A stretch of 64,000 nt of DNA, taken from Lama glama. Taxonomy: Eukaryota. This document shows positions 25,507 through 38,418 of the stretch, piece after piece. Both the position numbers and the translations under genes were made by a program. The notes beneath the pieces are model-generated. The model made no database searches. It was not told the DNA's origin and was given only the letters and a program-made list of their open reading frames with translations. Numbering within the stretch: the first letter of the stretch is position 1; each line of letters begins with the position of its first letter. The stretch covers positions 91,638,001 to 91,702,000 of the forward strand of contig CM052816.1 in assembly GCA_028534125.1 (NCBI GenBank), written 5' to 3'.

Positions 25507-27719
25507 GTATTCACATTAATTGTTCAAATTTGTATTCCATGTTTTATTCTTTTTAATATTAAATAAGGCTTGTTGATAATTATTATTCAATGATGCATGT
25601 TTATTCACCTTAATATTAACTGTAGGGATATTTAGAAAACATTAAGCAGTAAGACATACATTTCAATATGAAATATTTCCCTCTTATTTTCTGCATAAAA
25701 TGAAAACAATGGACCATTACTGTCTGATTTCCTTACTGATATGTATTTAAATTAAAAAATACATATATTACACTACAATAGACTAGAGTATTTGCTAAAC
25801 TCTGCAGCAAAATACAGTGTGTTTCTAAATTCGGGGAGTCCAGACTCAACATTGCACACTCAAAAGACGTGTGTTATTTATGATACTGGGAGGAAAAGTC
25901 AAGATTTGCAGCTTTGGCTGATAAAATACTGTAATACTCAGATACTGTGTTTCAAATGGACGTGCTAACATTTCTTCACTTATGCAAAATAAAAATTTTT
26001 TCAAGCCACCCATTTCCTCCTCCTTTGCCCTTCCATTTCAAGTTAATACCTCAGTTCTGCTCACTGTTTAATTGAATAATTGCAGTCCCTCTCCCCTTGT
26101 ATGGTAGCCTGGCTACTGCCCTTCTTTCAAAAAGTTTAAAACTGTTTTTTTTTTCTTTAAAATGATTTGAGCTTTCTAGGAGCATCAAGCATGTATGTGC
26201 ATGCATGATTATTTCAATATTCTTTGAGAGTTCTTTGAGACTCTAGAGATAATAATATTAATGGCTAACAATTATTGAGTGTTCACTCTGTATTAGGCCC
26301 TGTGCTAAAATCTTTATTTACCTATCAAATTTAATCTGCCTAACAGCCTTATGGAGTCAATTCTATTGGTGGCCACTTTTTTTTTTTTTTCCTCAGGAGG
26401 AAGTGAATTTTAAGGAGGGTTAGCAATTAGGATTCCAGTCCAGATCCCAAGCTCTTAACCACCGTGAAGGTGGCCTGATCAAGGGAAGTGGGGAGGGCGG
26501 CCTTTGTGGCGGCCCGAAAGCTCTGAAGGATGAGGATTTCCCACAGGCAGTTCTGACGTTCAACATTCAAGTCACCATCTGCATAAGCCATCCCCCAAAT
26601 ATGCATTCATCATCTGGCCATAGACTATGCAATTATACAGACGTTTGTGACAGGGACACACTGATACACATTTGGTTAAGTATAGCAACTTCACATGATG
26701 ACAGTTACAGGCTGCCCACTAGCAAGAAAATACTTCTGCACTGTTAAATCCACGATGACGGTTTAACAGGAAGGTCGAGCAACCTCTTCAGTGAGTTCCA
26801 CTTAAAGGAAACGGCTGGGGTTTGGATGGTTTATTAGGTGAAAATGCTAGCCAGCTGTCTTCAGAAATCCAGGACGGGCAAAATGATACAGTTAATGAAG
26901 GCAGACTTTTTAAGAGGTGCCCATATGAATTCTGAAGGGTAGTGGTTAGCAGAACAAAACACAAGCTCGCAAGTTGTGCTGTAATTAGTTCCACACCTGG
27001 AGTCCCTACTGTGCGTCAGGAGCCCTGCAGGAACTGGCAAGAGCAGAGTATAAAATCACCCAAGTCCTTGCTTGTGTGGAGCATCCAAGCTTCCACTTAC
27101 AAGGGAAACTCATGCGAAGGGAATCACCACTGGGCCACTTGGGACAAATCTCTCTCATATCATAATTTATCAAGCTGTCATTGTTTCTTCATGTGTTGCG
27201 TTTGACTAGGGCAAGAGAAGGGTCCGAGGCTCTGTACTCTCAGGGCCCAGCCTGCCCTCTTTCACTCTAATAGGTACGGTCTGACCCCAGGATACTGGGG
27301 TTATACTGTGGGGGATCCGTAGCCACGCCCACGGGGTCCACTGAAGATGCGGAAGGGGCAAGTCCAGGGTGAGCTTGAGGAAGGGGGTCTGGGAATACTA
27401 CCACTGACCATCAGAGGGACATGGCTGGATATGGAGGGACTGACAGCTGGAAATATATTTTAAATAAATTCAGGAGTTGATTTTCTTTCCCTGAAATACA
27501 AAGACTTGGTAAACAGAACCCTTGGCCTGGAGGGGAGCTTCAGAATTTGATACGATGCTGAGAAAGACAACGAAGGAAATCTAAAGAAAAATGCCCACTG
27601 CGGACTCCACAGGAAGCAGGCAAGGGGCTAGATCACTTCCACACACATATTTCAGCTTGTCTGGAAAAAAAAAGGAAAATAAATTATCCGATCCTGAGGA
27701 GCGTGTGAGTAATTTCCAG

Positions 27720-28141
27720 CACAGATGTGCCCCCTACTGCTGACGGACCTGGAACGGCCGTCTTGTCTCAACTGCCAAATCCTGGGCTGTGGTCACCGGG
27801 AGACGGAGCAGTCAGTCAGTCCTCCGCAGCTGGTGGCTGGGTCTTTGCTTTTACCGAGCGGACGAGCCCAACAATTTCCAGCTCTGGACGACATGTGAAT
27901 TCAGAGTGGATCGTGCTGTAATGTTGATCCGCTCAGCTAGGCTCAGGGGTCACTTCCCCACCACTGGCAAAGATACTGCTCTGAAGTGTTTTGCGGGGGT
28001 ACCTCGCTGCTAGACATCTGGGGATATTGTGATTACAAGAAATAAGTGGGAGTTATTTCTGGAAAAGATCTTGAGAATTTGGAAGCTCAATTTATGGCAC
28101 CTTCTTCAGAGATGGAAAAAGAAAACGGGTTTGAGGCAAAA
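27720..28141 (+). pseudogene. Large exon remnant of the fossil gene
   Basis: Acceptor aatttccag|27720, perfect donor aaa|gtaagt at 28141, CpG-rich. Reads YC*RTWNGRLVSTAKSW...TCEFRVDRAV...GKDTALKCFAG, with GYCDYKK in a shifted frame. Confidence 0.55.
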
Positions 28142-28433
28142 GTAAGTAAGTCCCTGCAGTTAGGGGAATTTGACTAAAACCGGTTTGCAATTTAACTCCC
28201 TTCATCAGGAATGCTGACTAGTTAGGATTGTCAGAAAATGCCATTTAAACACTCTGGCCTGCGTTTCATCCAAATGAAATGAATTTTGCCTGCTGGTTAC
28301 TGAAGCTGCTTTTTCCTCTCCATCGGCAGGGCACGTCCTTCTCTGGGCCAGCTCTCTGGGGTTTCCAGAACACAGTCCTCCCACTTCGAGGGCCTTCTCC
28401 ATCCCAGCACTCACAGAACATGTGTCGAGTGAA

Positions 28434-28620
28434 GTGTGTGTGTGTGTGTGTGTGTGTGTCAGTGGGGGTATCTCTAAAGGCTGGGTGGTAAGGTGACCTA
28501 ACTCCATGTGCCAGAATGTTCACCTTTTGTTTCTCATTATTTTATATATAAATATATATATATAAATATATATATATATTTATATATAAAATACACACAC
28601 ACACACACACATACATATAT
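28434..28620. repeat. Microsatellites: (TG)n at 28434-28459, (TA)n/(CA)n at 28542-28620
   Basis: Direct reading. Confidence 0.95.
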
Positions 28621-29325
28621 ATTTGTTGTTGTTGTTTACTTTTTAGAAATGCTATCATGTCATAGACTTAGAAATGGAAGGACCCTCACAGGACAGAACA
28701 CATTTGACAGTTGGGCAGCTTTGGTCCAGACAAGGGGACTGGGAAAGTCACACAGCAAATCACTGTCCCCCTCGCTCTAGGCTGCTTCTGTCACCTGTCC
28801 CAGGGGAGAGCTGCTTCTGGACGCAGGTCAGCCCACACTTCCTTTAGCTCGTGTATTTGTGAGACATGCTTACCAATCCATGACTGGTCCCTTCCATCCC
28901 ACAGATCTGTGCTGGGCTAAATCTTCCTAATGCGTAGGGTGACCATGTATCCCAGGTGTTGGGCAAAGCCCTATTTTATACCTGATGTCCCCACTTGATA
29001 ATTATCAGAACACCCACCCTCTCAAATGAGCCCCAGCGCAGAAGGTCAACCCACGGTGCTGTCCCAATGCCAGTCTCCACTCACAATCTTTAAACTCCTT
29101 CCCATCCTGTGCTAACTCTCTCATTTCCAACCCATTTTAAAACAGTAATTTATTTTTTAAGTGATTTACTCTATTTTTTTTAGGCTATGCCAGAGATTTT
29201 ATTTTGGTTTTTGTATTTACATTTGTCAAAGCTCATTTAAGCAGATACACAGGAAGGTACTTTAGAGATGAATCATCCATTAAGTGGGAGTGTTTGGGAA
29301 GTTAATTCTTCTGCTTTGACTGAAG

Positions 29326-29701
29326 AAATAACAAGCAGCAAAGTGAAAGACTTTCACAGAGAACAAAAACAACGAGCTTATGGAGCCTATAAACAGGCAA
29401 GCTGGAGGGTGATTGGGACAAGTGAAATAGGCTTATTTTTAAGCTTTAAATATTTTTGTTACATCATCCAATCTGCAGTGAAGTCATTTTGCCTTTCCTG
29501 GGTCTAGTTACTGTGCCTATAGGTATGGGCTTGGGTCAGATGATCCCGACCAACTTCATCACTCGTCAAGTTTGATACTGTGATTATGAGGGTTTTTTTT
29601 TTTTTTAATGCAGGTCAACTCAAGAAACAAACAAGAGGGCTGCAGGACAAAAATCAGTCTTCACTTTTCTCTCCCTAGTTCCTCATAGCCCGAAAAGGAA
29701 G
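29326..29701 (+). pseudogene. Two small exon remnants (29326-29396 and 29614-29701)
   Basis: First: ttgactgaag|...aaacag|gcaagc (GC or mutated GT donor). Second: long T-tract-aatgcag|...gaag|gtgggt. Phases are compatible with the neighbours at 28141 and 30764. Confidence 0.4.
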
Positions 29702-30347
29702 GTGGGTCTTCCATCTCGTTTAATACCCAACTCATTTTCCAATTTAAAATTAATAAAAGCTAAGATATCTACTTTTAATCACTCACAGAAGAATGATTAA
29801 GTAAATCCCATGAAATACTTACGTTATCATAAAGAACTCAGCTTTCTTTTTAAAATCCTATGATTAAATAAATTTTTTTTTTCTCCTTGAATGGATTATT
29901 TTCTCCTGGAATTGATTGTGATTGATACTCAGTAACCTTAAGTGTCAAATAGGGCCTTTGGGACCCTGCACTGACTATTTATAAAACTCCTCAACGGCTA
30001 TGATGATATAGTTTCCTCAAAGACCTTCATAATTAGATCTTACATGAGCCCAGACTGAAAATGTGGTCCTTAGAAAGATCTTAAGCTAAATTTATTAAAA
30101 TTCTTGAAATTCATAAAAATTGACAATGTATATCTTAATACAATATTCTCCTATATTTAATAAGATATTTTATTATAACTCCAGAGTATGGATTATTTAT
30201 AGTTATTAAATTCAAAAAGATTTCTATTTGGGAAGAGTGAAATTTCAGGACCTAAAAGAGGTATGGTCCCTCCTCACTGGCTCACAGACGTTGAGTCACA
30301 CTATGGAATTTAGAACAGGATGCTTCTCTATTAGAGTGTCTATACGT

Positions 30348-30625
30348 TGTTGTGAGTTGTGTTGTGACCTCACCCCCACATTCATATACTGAATTCCTAA
30401 CCCCTAATACCTCAGGCTGTGACTGTACCTGGAGACAGGGTCTTTTGTGAAAGCACAGTAGGAGGTGGCCGTCTTTAAGCCAAGGAGCGAGGCCTCAGAA
30501 AAAACCAACCCTGCTGACATCTTGGTCTTGGACTTAAGCCTCCAGAATTGTGAGAAAATATGTTTTTGTTGGTTAAGTCACCCAGCCTGTGGTACTGTGT
30601 TTTGGCAGCCCAACAAACTAATACA
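30348..30625 (+). mobile_element. MaLR LTR (MLT1B-like, internally deleted)
   Basis: cctaacccctaatacctcagg..gactgtacctggagacagggtctt..gcctccagaattgtgagaaaata..aaactaataca. Confidence 0.8.
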
Positions 30626-30763
30626 ATAGTTAACTTTTAAAATCTTATTGTAAATGTGGAAAAGTTGAATAAGAATGCTGTAATACAAAATGTTGAAAAA
30701 TACACTCCAGTGTTAACAGAGAACACTGAAGTATAAAATCAACAGTGTGAATATTTGGGTTAG

Positions 30764-30990
30764 AAGAAACAGTCACAAATAACTATGAGTGATGTCTGTT
30801 TCAGAACGAAGCACTGTCACCATTCTGTTGAAGTGGCTGACGGTTTCTTCTTTGAGTGACACAAAGGATGTGTATGGAATGTTCTAGTGGGCTGCTATGG
30901 AATGTCCAAGTCCTGTTTCTCCAACATGGTGGTTCCCTTTTGGGTGACCCCCTGCACAACTACTGGAGTGACTGACTTCTCCCTCATATG
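30764..30990 (+). pseudogene. Exon remnant of the fossil gene
   Basis: ETVTNNYE*CLFQNEAL, a frameshift at about 30817, then HHSVEVADGFFFE*HKG with TGA 30857-30859 at the second Cys position. Donor-like atg|gtaccc. Confidence 0.55.
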
Positions 30991-31679
30991 GTACCCTTGC
31001 CCTGGTCCAGAGACACGTCTGTGGATGCAGGAAGTGAAGTGAGATGCAGGAGCAGGTGAAACAGATGATATTAAAATTCATCTGCCTTATTAATTTTTAA
31101 GGAAAATATGAAAGCTTTTGGAGAGAGGTAAAGATCATCTAGTGAATTTTCCCATTTAGGGTTGCATGAAATGTGACATCCTGAAACACTGATGGAGTTG
31201 CAGAGAGAGAAAGAGAGAAGGAGACAGAGGGGCAAGAGGAAGGGAAAGTGAGCAAAAGAGAGAACTTTGAGAAGCAAAGAATATTTAATTGAGCATAATA
31301 TGCAATGTCAACCCCCAAATTCAATATGAAATTTATGGCAAGATAATCTACGCTTGGATTCACGCAAATTAACTGAGTTTCATTCAACTACTCATTTGCT
31401 ACAGATTTTCTCGTCTTCTTCTCCTCCTCCTCCTTCTTCTTTAAATGCATGGGCAAGATAGTGTTGTTTTCAAGAAGAGGACAAAGTGATTACGGGAAAT
31501 ACCAAGATCTATTTTATCTGAATCAAACCCATTGCTACATAGATAAGTATCCATGAGATTAGGAGGTCAAGGTTATACTTGTGGTATATTTAGGGATAAA
31601 ATGTTGGTTAAATATTTTTAAGTGGCTGATTTCCAAAGTCTGAGCATAAAACCGCTAGAAGTCAGCCAGTCCACGGATA

Positions 31680-32450
31680 TTCATCAAGTGTCTGCTAGTT
31701 ACATACAGGTCAAGGCTTTGAGGTTACAGTAAGAATTAGACAAAGTTTGTGTCTTCAAGGGTATCACTTTCTCCCAAGGAGTGACAGACATGAAATCCAC
31801 CACCTGATTAAACAACATGATTTCAGACACAGGTAAATACTAAGATAAAAACAAAGTAATTCGCTGAAGGATGACTTGGCAGAGGTGAGGGTAGTGCTGG
31901 TTTATCAGGGAGTGCTGAGGAGGACACTTGGAGGAGATGTTTAAGCTGAAACCCAAAGGAGAGAGCCCAGTAAAAGTCTGGAGGAAAACTATTCAAGAAA
32001 AAGGAAGAACCAGTGCAGATGCCCTGGGCTGGGACCAGGCTTAGCATGGTCAAGGGAGACAGAGAGATGAACGGCTGGATGACAGGGAACGGGGCTAACA
32101 GTCAGACATAAGGGTACAGATGTGGACTTACAGGTGGGCGAGACCATACAGACCCCCCCTGCCATGCTGACGAGCGTGGATTTCACCTTGACTGGATCAG
32201 TTTTAAGAAGGGACCTCATATGATCTGTCTATGCTTCCAAAACTTCACTCTGGCTGCTGGATGGAAAATGGACCATTTGGGGTCAGAGCAGAGGAGATGA
32301 GATCTAAAGAAGGGGTGAGATGATGGCCTCTTGAGTGGTCCTCATAGAGGAGGTGGTGAGAAGTACTCAGATTCAACACAGATTTTGGAGGCAGAGCCAA
32401 GTGGACTTGTCCATGAATGGAATGGGAGGTGTGAGGGGAAGGTGGGAATT
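31680..32450 (-). mobile_element. L2 LINE fragment
   Basis: cagtgcagatgccctgggctgggaccaggcttagcatg...cactctggctgctggatggaaaatgga..gattttggaggcagagccaa. Confidence 0.75.
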
Positions 32451-33080
32451 GGGGGAACTGAGTCATGTGTGTGGCCTCTGTCATCTTTGCCCTCTTTTTC
32501 TCTACTGAGGTGAAGAATATCCCATCAGACTAAGCCTTATTAACTTGAAGTCCCCAACATCTCTGCATTTCATGGATAGAATGAAGATACATATAACCCT
32601 CTCAAAAAGTTCATCAAAAGCTTCAAATGCATCAAATGTATTCATAACATATTAGTAACCAGCTGGCAAGCTAAACTCACAAATATGGAATGGAGTTATT
32701 ATGTCCACCATTTTAACTTAAAATCTTCTGCACCCCTCCCTTCAGTGAATATTTCTAATGCCAGGAAAGAATGTTTCAAAACCCTGGCTTACTTTCTTCA
32801 CTGTATACCCAAGCGGAGGATCCTGCATCCATTGATAAACAAAAACCTACAGTGAAGGAAATTCTTTACACTGTTCTAGAAATAGTCTTGTCTTTTCTTA
32901 TTGGAATGAAAGCAACATTTTTGGACCAGTGATATTCTTTTTTATACACCATTTTGAATTAGCTTTCCATTAAAAGTTGTCCATACATGTGGCTTGCTTT
33001 GTAACTGTATAATAGTCCTATGGCCTTAACCTTTAAGTTACTATTCTGTATTCTGATAAGTGGCAATGCCTCAAGTTCCT

Positions 33081-33515
33081 TGTGATGGTTATTAGCTCTA
33101 TATATCAGCTTGGCTAGGCGAAGGTACTTGAGAATTTAATCAAACACGAATCTAGGTATTGCTGTGAAGGTATTTTGTAGACGTGGTTAAACTGACTTTC
33201 AGCAGTGGAGATCACCCTAGATAAGGTAGGTGGGGCTCATCTAAACAGTTGAAGTTCTGAAGAGCAAAACCTGAGGTTTCCCCAAAAGAAGAAATTTTGC
33301 CTTTAAACTGCAACATCACCTCCTGCCTGAGTTTGCAGGCTGCTGAACTGCTTTATGAATTTTGGACTTGCTGACCCCCGAAACCATTTGCACCAATTCC
33401 TTAAAATAAATCCCTTTACACACACATACACACACACACACACCTCTATTGGCTACGTGTGTATATAAGCAGATGCCAACTGTTTGTAGTTTTCTGGAGA
33501 GCTCTGACTGACACA
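33081..33515 (+). mobile_element. ERVL LTR (MLT2-like)
   Basis: tgtgatggtta..atctaggtattgctgtgaaggtattttgtaga..ccaattccttaaaataaa..(ca)n..ctctgactgacaca. Confidence 0.85.
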
Positions 33516-34188
33516 GTGCTGAAAATAGTTGCTTTTATGTGCACCTTCTGATAAGACCCATTTGACCCAAGTGTACTATCAGGTTTGGATGCAGGAGCTG
33601 CTGAAGACACTGGCCTTAAGACGTTTATGAAATCTTGTTATAACAGCTGGCACACAGCCTCATCAAACCCAGTGGTCCAGGGACACCCGGCTGTGTTTAG
33701 ATACGGCCTCACCAGTCTACCTTCAGCACCTCTCTCCTCACTGGCAGTGTACTTCGCCTTATTGAGTTGTTATTTTCTCATCTACAAAATAAAGATAAAA
33801 TCCCTGCCTCTTCAGTTTGTTGTGAAGATCAAAGAGAATGATTTACACCATGAATCTGGCTTGTAGGAGTTCTATCAATATTAGTTACTAGTCCTTCTCT
33901 ACTCTTTTTTTTTTTTTTAGTATTGGTTTGTTTCTTTCATGAATTCTCTAAGCCTGCCTGTCATTCACTTAATAGAAAATTCTTATTTTCTGTGATGAGC
34001 TCAGGTTACTGCTCACCTCTGCCTCTTTTGGACTGTGTCTCCCTTCATCAGGAAACTGAGAAGCAAGACAAGCCTTAGCATGTGATGCCTATTGCAGAAA
34101 AGTGCGGATTCCTGTCACCGACCTGCCACCTGCTTTCACATCACTCATTCTGCAGCAAAAAACGCCCATCTTCTTCTTCCTCCTCCCC

Positions 34189-35325
34189 CAGCTTTACTGA
34201 GATATAATTGACATAGAACCCTGTGAAAGTTGAAGACGTACAGCAGGAAGATTTGATACACCTGTGTATGGCAAAGTGGTTACCACCACAGCATTAGCTG
34301 GCATCTGTATCGCATCACACGTTACCTTTTCTTTCTTGTGATGAGAACATTTAAGATCTGCTCTCTTAGCAACCTTCAAGAATACAATAGGCAACATATA
34401 GTATGAGAGTCATTATGCTGTGTATCAGATCCCAGAACCTATTCAATACCTGCAAGTTTGTTCTCTGTGACCAGTGTCTCCCCATCTTCCCAGCGCCTGG
34501 TAACCACCATTCTAATTTCTGTTTCTATGAGCTTGGCCTTTCAAAATTTCACATGTAAGTGATACCATACAATCTTTGTTTTTCTCTGTCTGCCTTATTT
34601 CACTGAGCATAATGGCCTCAAGGTCCATCCACTTTGTTGCAAATGGTAGGATTTCTTTTATTTAAGACAGAATAATATTCCATTGTATTTATCTAACACA
34701 TCTTCTTCACCTATTTATCCGCTGACAGACAACTTAGGTGGTTTCCATATCTTGGCTGTTGTGAAAAATGCCACATAAATAATAAATAATGTACATAATG
34801 GTGCAGGGATCTCTTTGAGATCCTGTTTTCATTTCCTTTGGATATATACCCAGAAGTGGTAGCTCTCTTTTAATTTCTTGAAGAACTTCCACACTTAATG
34901 GTCGCACCAATTTACATTCCCACCAATAGTGTGAAAGGGTTCCCCTTTCTCCACATCCTCATCAACACATCTCTTACCATTTTGATGATAGTCTTTCTAA
35001 CAGATGTGAGGTGATATTTCATTATGGTTTTGATTTGCTTTTCCCTGATGAGTAGTAATATTGGGTACCTTTTCATGTACCTGTTGGCCATTTGTATGTC
35101 TTCTTTGGAAAAAAGTCTATTCAGTTTCTCTGCCCATTTCTTAATCAGATTTTTTTTCTTTTGCTACTGAGTTGTATGAGTTCTTTACACATTTTGAATA
35201 TTAACATCATCAGGTAAATGACTTGCAAATATTTCCTTCCATGCCATAGGTCGCCTTTTCATTTTGTTGATGGCCCCCTTTGCTGTGCAGAAGCTTTTTA
35301 ATTTGATGGAGTCCTACTTGTTGAG
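34189..35325 (-). mobile_element. Old L1 (L1MA-like) 3' UTR and ORF2 end
   Basis: cagctttactgagatataattgaca...catttaagatctgctctcttagcaa...tgctgtgcagaagctttttaatttgat. Confidence 0.9.
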
Positions 35326-35419
35326 TCTCACTTTTTTTCTGCTTTTAATATTCTGTTTGACAGCACCTCCTTCACAACAAACATATTCTCAGTTTTATCA
35401 TGTGTTCATCCTGCATTTC

Positions 35420-35525
35420 CTTTTTTTTAAAGTTTAATATATTTTTATTGACGTACAGTCAGTTTACAATATTGTATCAATTTCTGGTGTACAGCACAAT
35501 ACTTTGGTCGCACAGGAACATAATA
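35420..35525 (-). mobile_element. Very short L1 3' terminus (same family as the 13018 element)
   Basis: ttttattgacgtacagtcagtttacaatattgtatcaatttctggtgtacagcacaatact. Confidence 0.75.
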
Positions 35526-35733
35526 CCTCTCGCATTTTCAATTAATTTATAAAAATGGATAAGGTCCTATCATTAAAATGTGTTTCTTCCTTACTGTGGG
35601 CAACAACCCTTCTCAAAATCATTGTTTCCTAACAAACTCAAAAAGAACTTTGTTCAAAGACTGTGGTACAGTGGTTAGAAATTCAACAAAACAAAACAAA
35701 GAAACAGTCAAAGAACTTAATGACACTCAATGA

Positions 35734-35935
35734 TTTCCATTGCTGGAAGTGACATTTGGGAAGAGATACTCTGCTTTGGTTAGAGTTGGTCAACTTCTTC
35801 ATGACCCTACCAATGAAACTCCCAGAGGGTGTGTTTTGCAGGGAGAATGGAATTGGCATTCTAAGGACTTGACGCTCATCCGTGTGGTGTTGTATGATGA
35901 TGCACTGAACCTCTGAGACACAGTCAGCACTGTGG
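35734..35935 (+). pseudogene. Possible exon remnant
   Basis: About 60 open codons containing RGCVLQGEW (Cys 35830), with HPCGVV**CTE in a shifted frame. Boundaries unclear. Confidence 0.4.
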
Positions 35936-36441
35936 CCTTTTTTCCTCCCAAGAGGGTATGGGGCGACTCCTAAAAGACCTTTTACTTCAGTTTTAATGGG
36001 AATGAGCCTGGCACATATCTTCTTTGATCCATCTTAGGCGAGGAGAGTTGCTCCTTCTCCTGTCTGCCCACAGAACTCTATAGTTAGCTGTCCCCTGTAC
36101 TCTACTGTGAACTTCACCCATGACAGCACATCGACAATTGTGTACTTAGATAACCGTCTCCTCAATTACAATGGGGTAGAGCACCCTGCAGAGTGAAGGT
36201 CTTGTTCACTCTTGTGTTCAGGTGCCTGGCCGATGCTGAGCACGTGTCAACCACTCACTGCTTATCTTATGAATGAGTCCCAACTACAGTTGATTGTCAG
36301 TAAGCAGAAAAAAATTCTGGCAAAGGGACTACCTCAAGGCACCATGTTGTACCACAATGGCTGGTATATTATTACACTGAATTTTCAATATAGGTCAGAT
36401 TCTTCATTTGCAGACAGGAAACTTCATTCTCCCCCAAGGTC

Positions 36442-36922
36442 TGAGACAGGAGAGAAGGGGGCAGGAAACAACCATTAAAAGAATGACATAACAACTGAGG
36501 ATAGGACATAAACTGTTTAGAACCAACTCAGCCCAAGATGTCAGAAGATTAGATTTCCATTAGACCCTGAGCCTCATTATAGGCTCACTGTAATTCATTG
36601 GCATGCTAATTGACACACACACAGGTACCATGACAGTTCCCAGGCTGACCATAAAAGGCCAAAAAGTAGACAGGGTCCAATTCCTGGAAATCCCTGCCCC
36701 TTCCCCAAAACAGTTGGATAATCCCCCACCGTTAGCATATGACATTACACAGCCTACAAAAACTAATAGCCTCATACCCTGCAGCCATCTCTCTTACTTT
36801 CTGAGATGGTTCACACTCTGTCTATGGAGTGTGTATCTCCCTAAATAAATCTACTTTCCCTTTGCTGTGGCTAACTCTTGAATTCTTTCCTGTGCTAGAC
36901 AAGAACTTACACTCCAGTAATA
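36442..36922 (+). mobile_element. Solo ERV1-type LTR (MER41-like)
   Basis: Starts tgagacagg, contains ccatgacagttcccagg and ctatggagtgtgtatctccctaaataaa..tcttgaattctttcctg, and ends tccagtaata. Confidence 0.75.
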
Positions 36923-37577
36923 AGTTGACCAGGCAAAGTTAGAGGTAAAAATTTACTGAGGGCTCTGACATAAACATGTCAACCTCATTCTCTCAGAAGA
37001 GTGAACGTCTGCTAGATCTTCAAAATTCTCCTGTGGGAGAGGCTGCTGATGAAGCATTTGTTCAAGTTGCTACTGTCTTCTGTTTTTGTTTTGATTTAAA
37101 CAAGTATTTTAACTTATTTGAATAACAAATTCACATATGCCATAAAAGTGAAAAAAATCCAAGACACACAATAAAAAGTCTTCTTCCAATTCCATCTCGT
37201 CTGTTCAGCAAACTGCTCCTAAGGTCACCACTGTTACTAGTTTCAGTGAACCCTAGAGACTTTTTAAAAAAACACATGCAAATACAAACATAAAGTTTTA
37301 TCCCTCCTTTTCCACAAAGTGATGTTGAATTACAAAAAACAGTTAAGTTATCAGTGCTGAAGGAAATTCAAAACAATGTGAGGAAACTGTCAGATTCAGG
37401 AATGGAAGAAATGAAGTTAACCCAAAGAAAAAGGGGAACCAGCAGAAAAGACACACATAAAAAAGTGCTGAAGTGGATATTATTTGCTTCTCCATCAGTC
37501 CTGAGTAAAGGAGAGAAAGGCTCCACTCAGCAGAGTGTGAGGGGTCTTGGCAAGCCTGCGGTGTCTGTGTGCTTCAG

Positions 37578-37760
37578 GGCAGACTTGTTTGGTCATCAGC
37601 CTTTTCAAATAAAAAGCTGGAGGTCTGCTAGGAACATAAAGGACAATAGCAGACTGAACAGTCTGCTGCAGCTTGTGGTCAGAAGAATTACATGAAATGC
37701 TCTTTATGCAATGGCCGTCTTGTTTTACTCCTCCATCTTAGAGTTCCCGTTTTTCTTTGC
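37578..37760 (+). pseudogene. Possible exon remnant
   Basis: Acceptor gtgtgcttcag|. Reads MKCSLCNGRLV and shares ggccgtcttgt (37713-37723) with 27756-27766 in the same reading frame (NGRLV). Confidence 0.4.
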
Positions 37761-38097
37761 TACCTCTTTTCTGTCATCTGGGCTGTATTAATACAGAAAT
37801 GGGGAGGAACCACAGCAATTATCTGGAAAATTAAGTGGAAAAAATCCAAATTACTTTCCCTCAAAAGGTCTGGGCAAATCTATAAGCCAATATTTCTTAT
37901 GACTGAGATGACTTCAAGTTTCAGAACATCTAATTTCTCTCAGGAGCTTGAAGTTACATTTTAAAAAACACAGACATCATCAATTTCTTGCCTAAGTTGT
38001 TTAAGCTATTATTATGATCAGTCTTAATTTGTTTTTAATAAAATCTAGTATTTTCCATCTATCTGAAATGTAGTAGTTCAATTAGTATTGATTTTAG

Positions 38098-38418
38098 ATT
38101 AAGGCTGACATGCTGCAACCATTGGACAAGATACATCCCCGTTTTTACTACCACGACCACTCTCTGGTGTCGAGCAGAACAACCACATATGGCTACCTCC
38201 TGCCAGACATTTGGCCAGGAGTTCAGCTGGGGGTCTAAGATTCAATCTGCCACTCAGCGAGCTATGCCCTATGGAAGAGGGCTGCACCTGCCTGGAGGAA
38301 GGGGAGCCTATCTCTCGCTGGCCACAGAAAGCGGTGTCTTCTTGTCATTCTTACAAAGGCATTGCATGTTCTAGCTCAGCCCTGAAGCCAAGCACTTCCA
38401 AACCACTGGCAGCATCAG
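38098..38418 (+). pseudogene. Exon remnant of the fossil gene
   Basis: Acceptor attgattttag|38098 and donor cag|gtatta. A ~90-codon open frame contains SCQTFGQEFSWGSKI; a shifted frame reads LSELCPMEEGCTC..SSCHSYKG. Confidence 0.55.

Noticed and set aside
27720..27900. C-type lectin domain suggested by YC..NGRLVS..WWLGL
   Set aside because: The downstream EPN/WND-C framework is incomplete, and the segment is better explained by the recurring two-Cys module.
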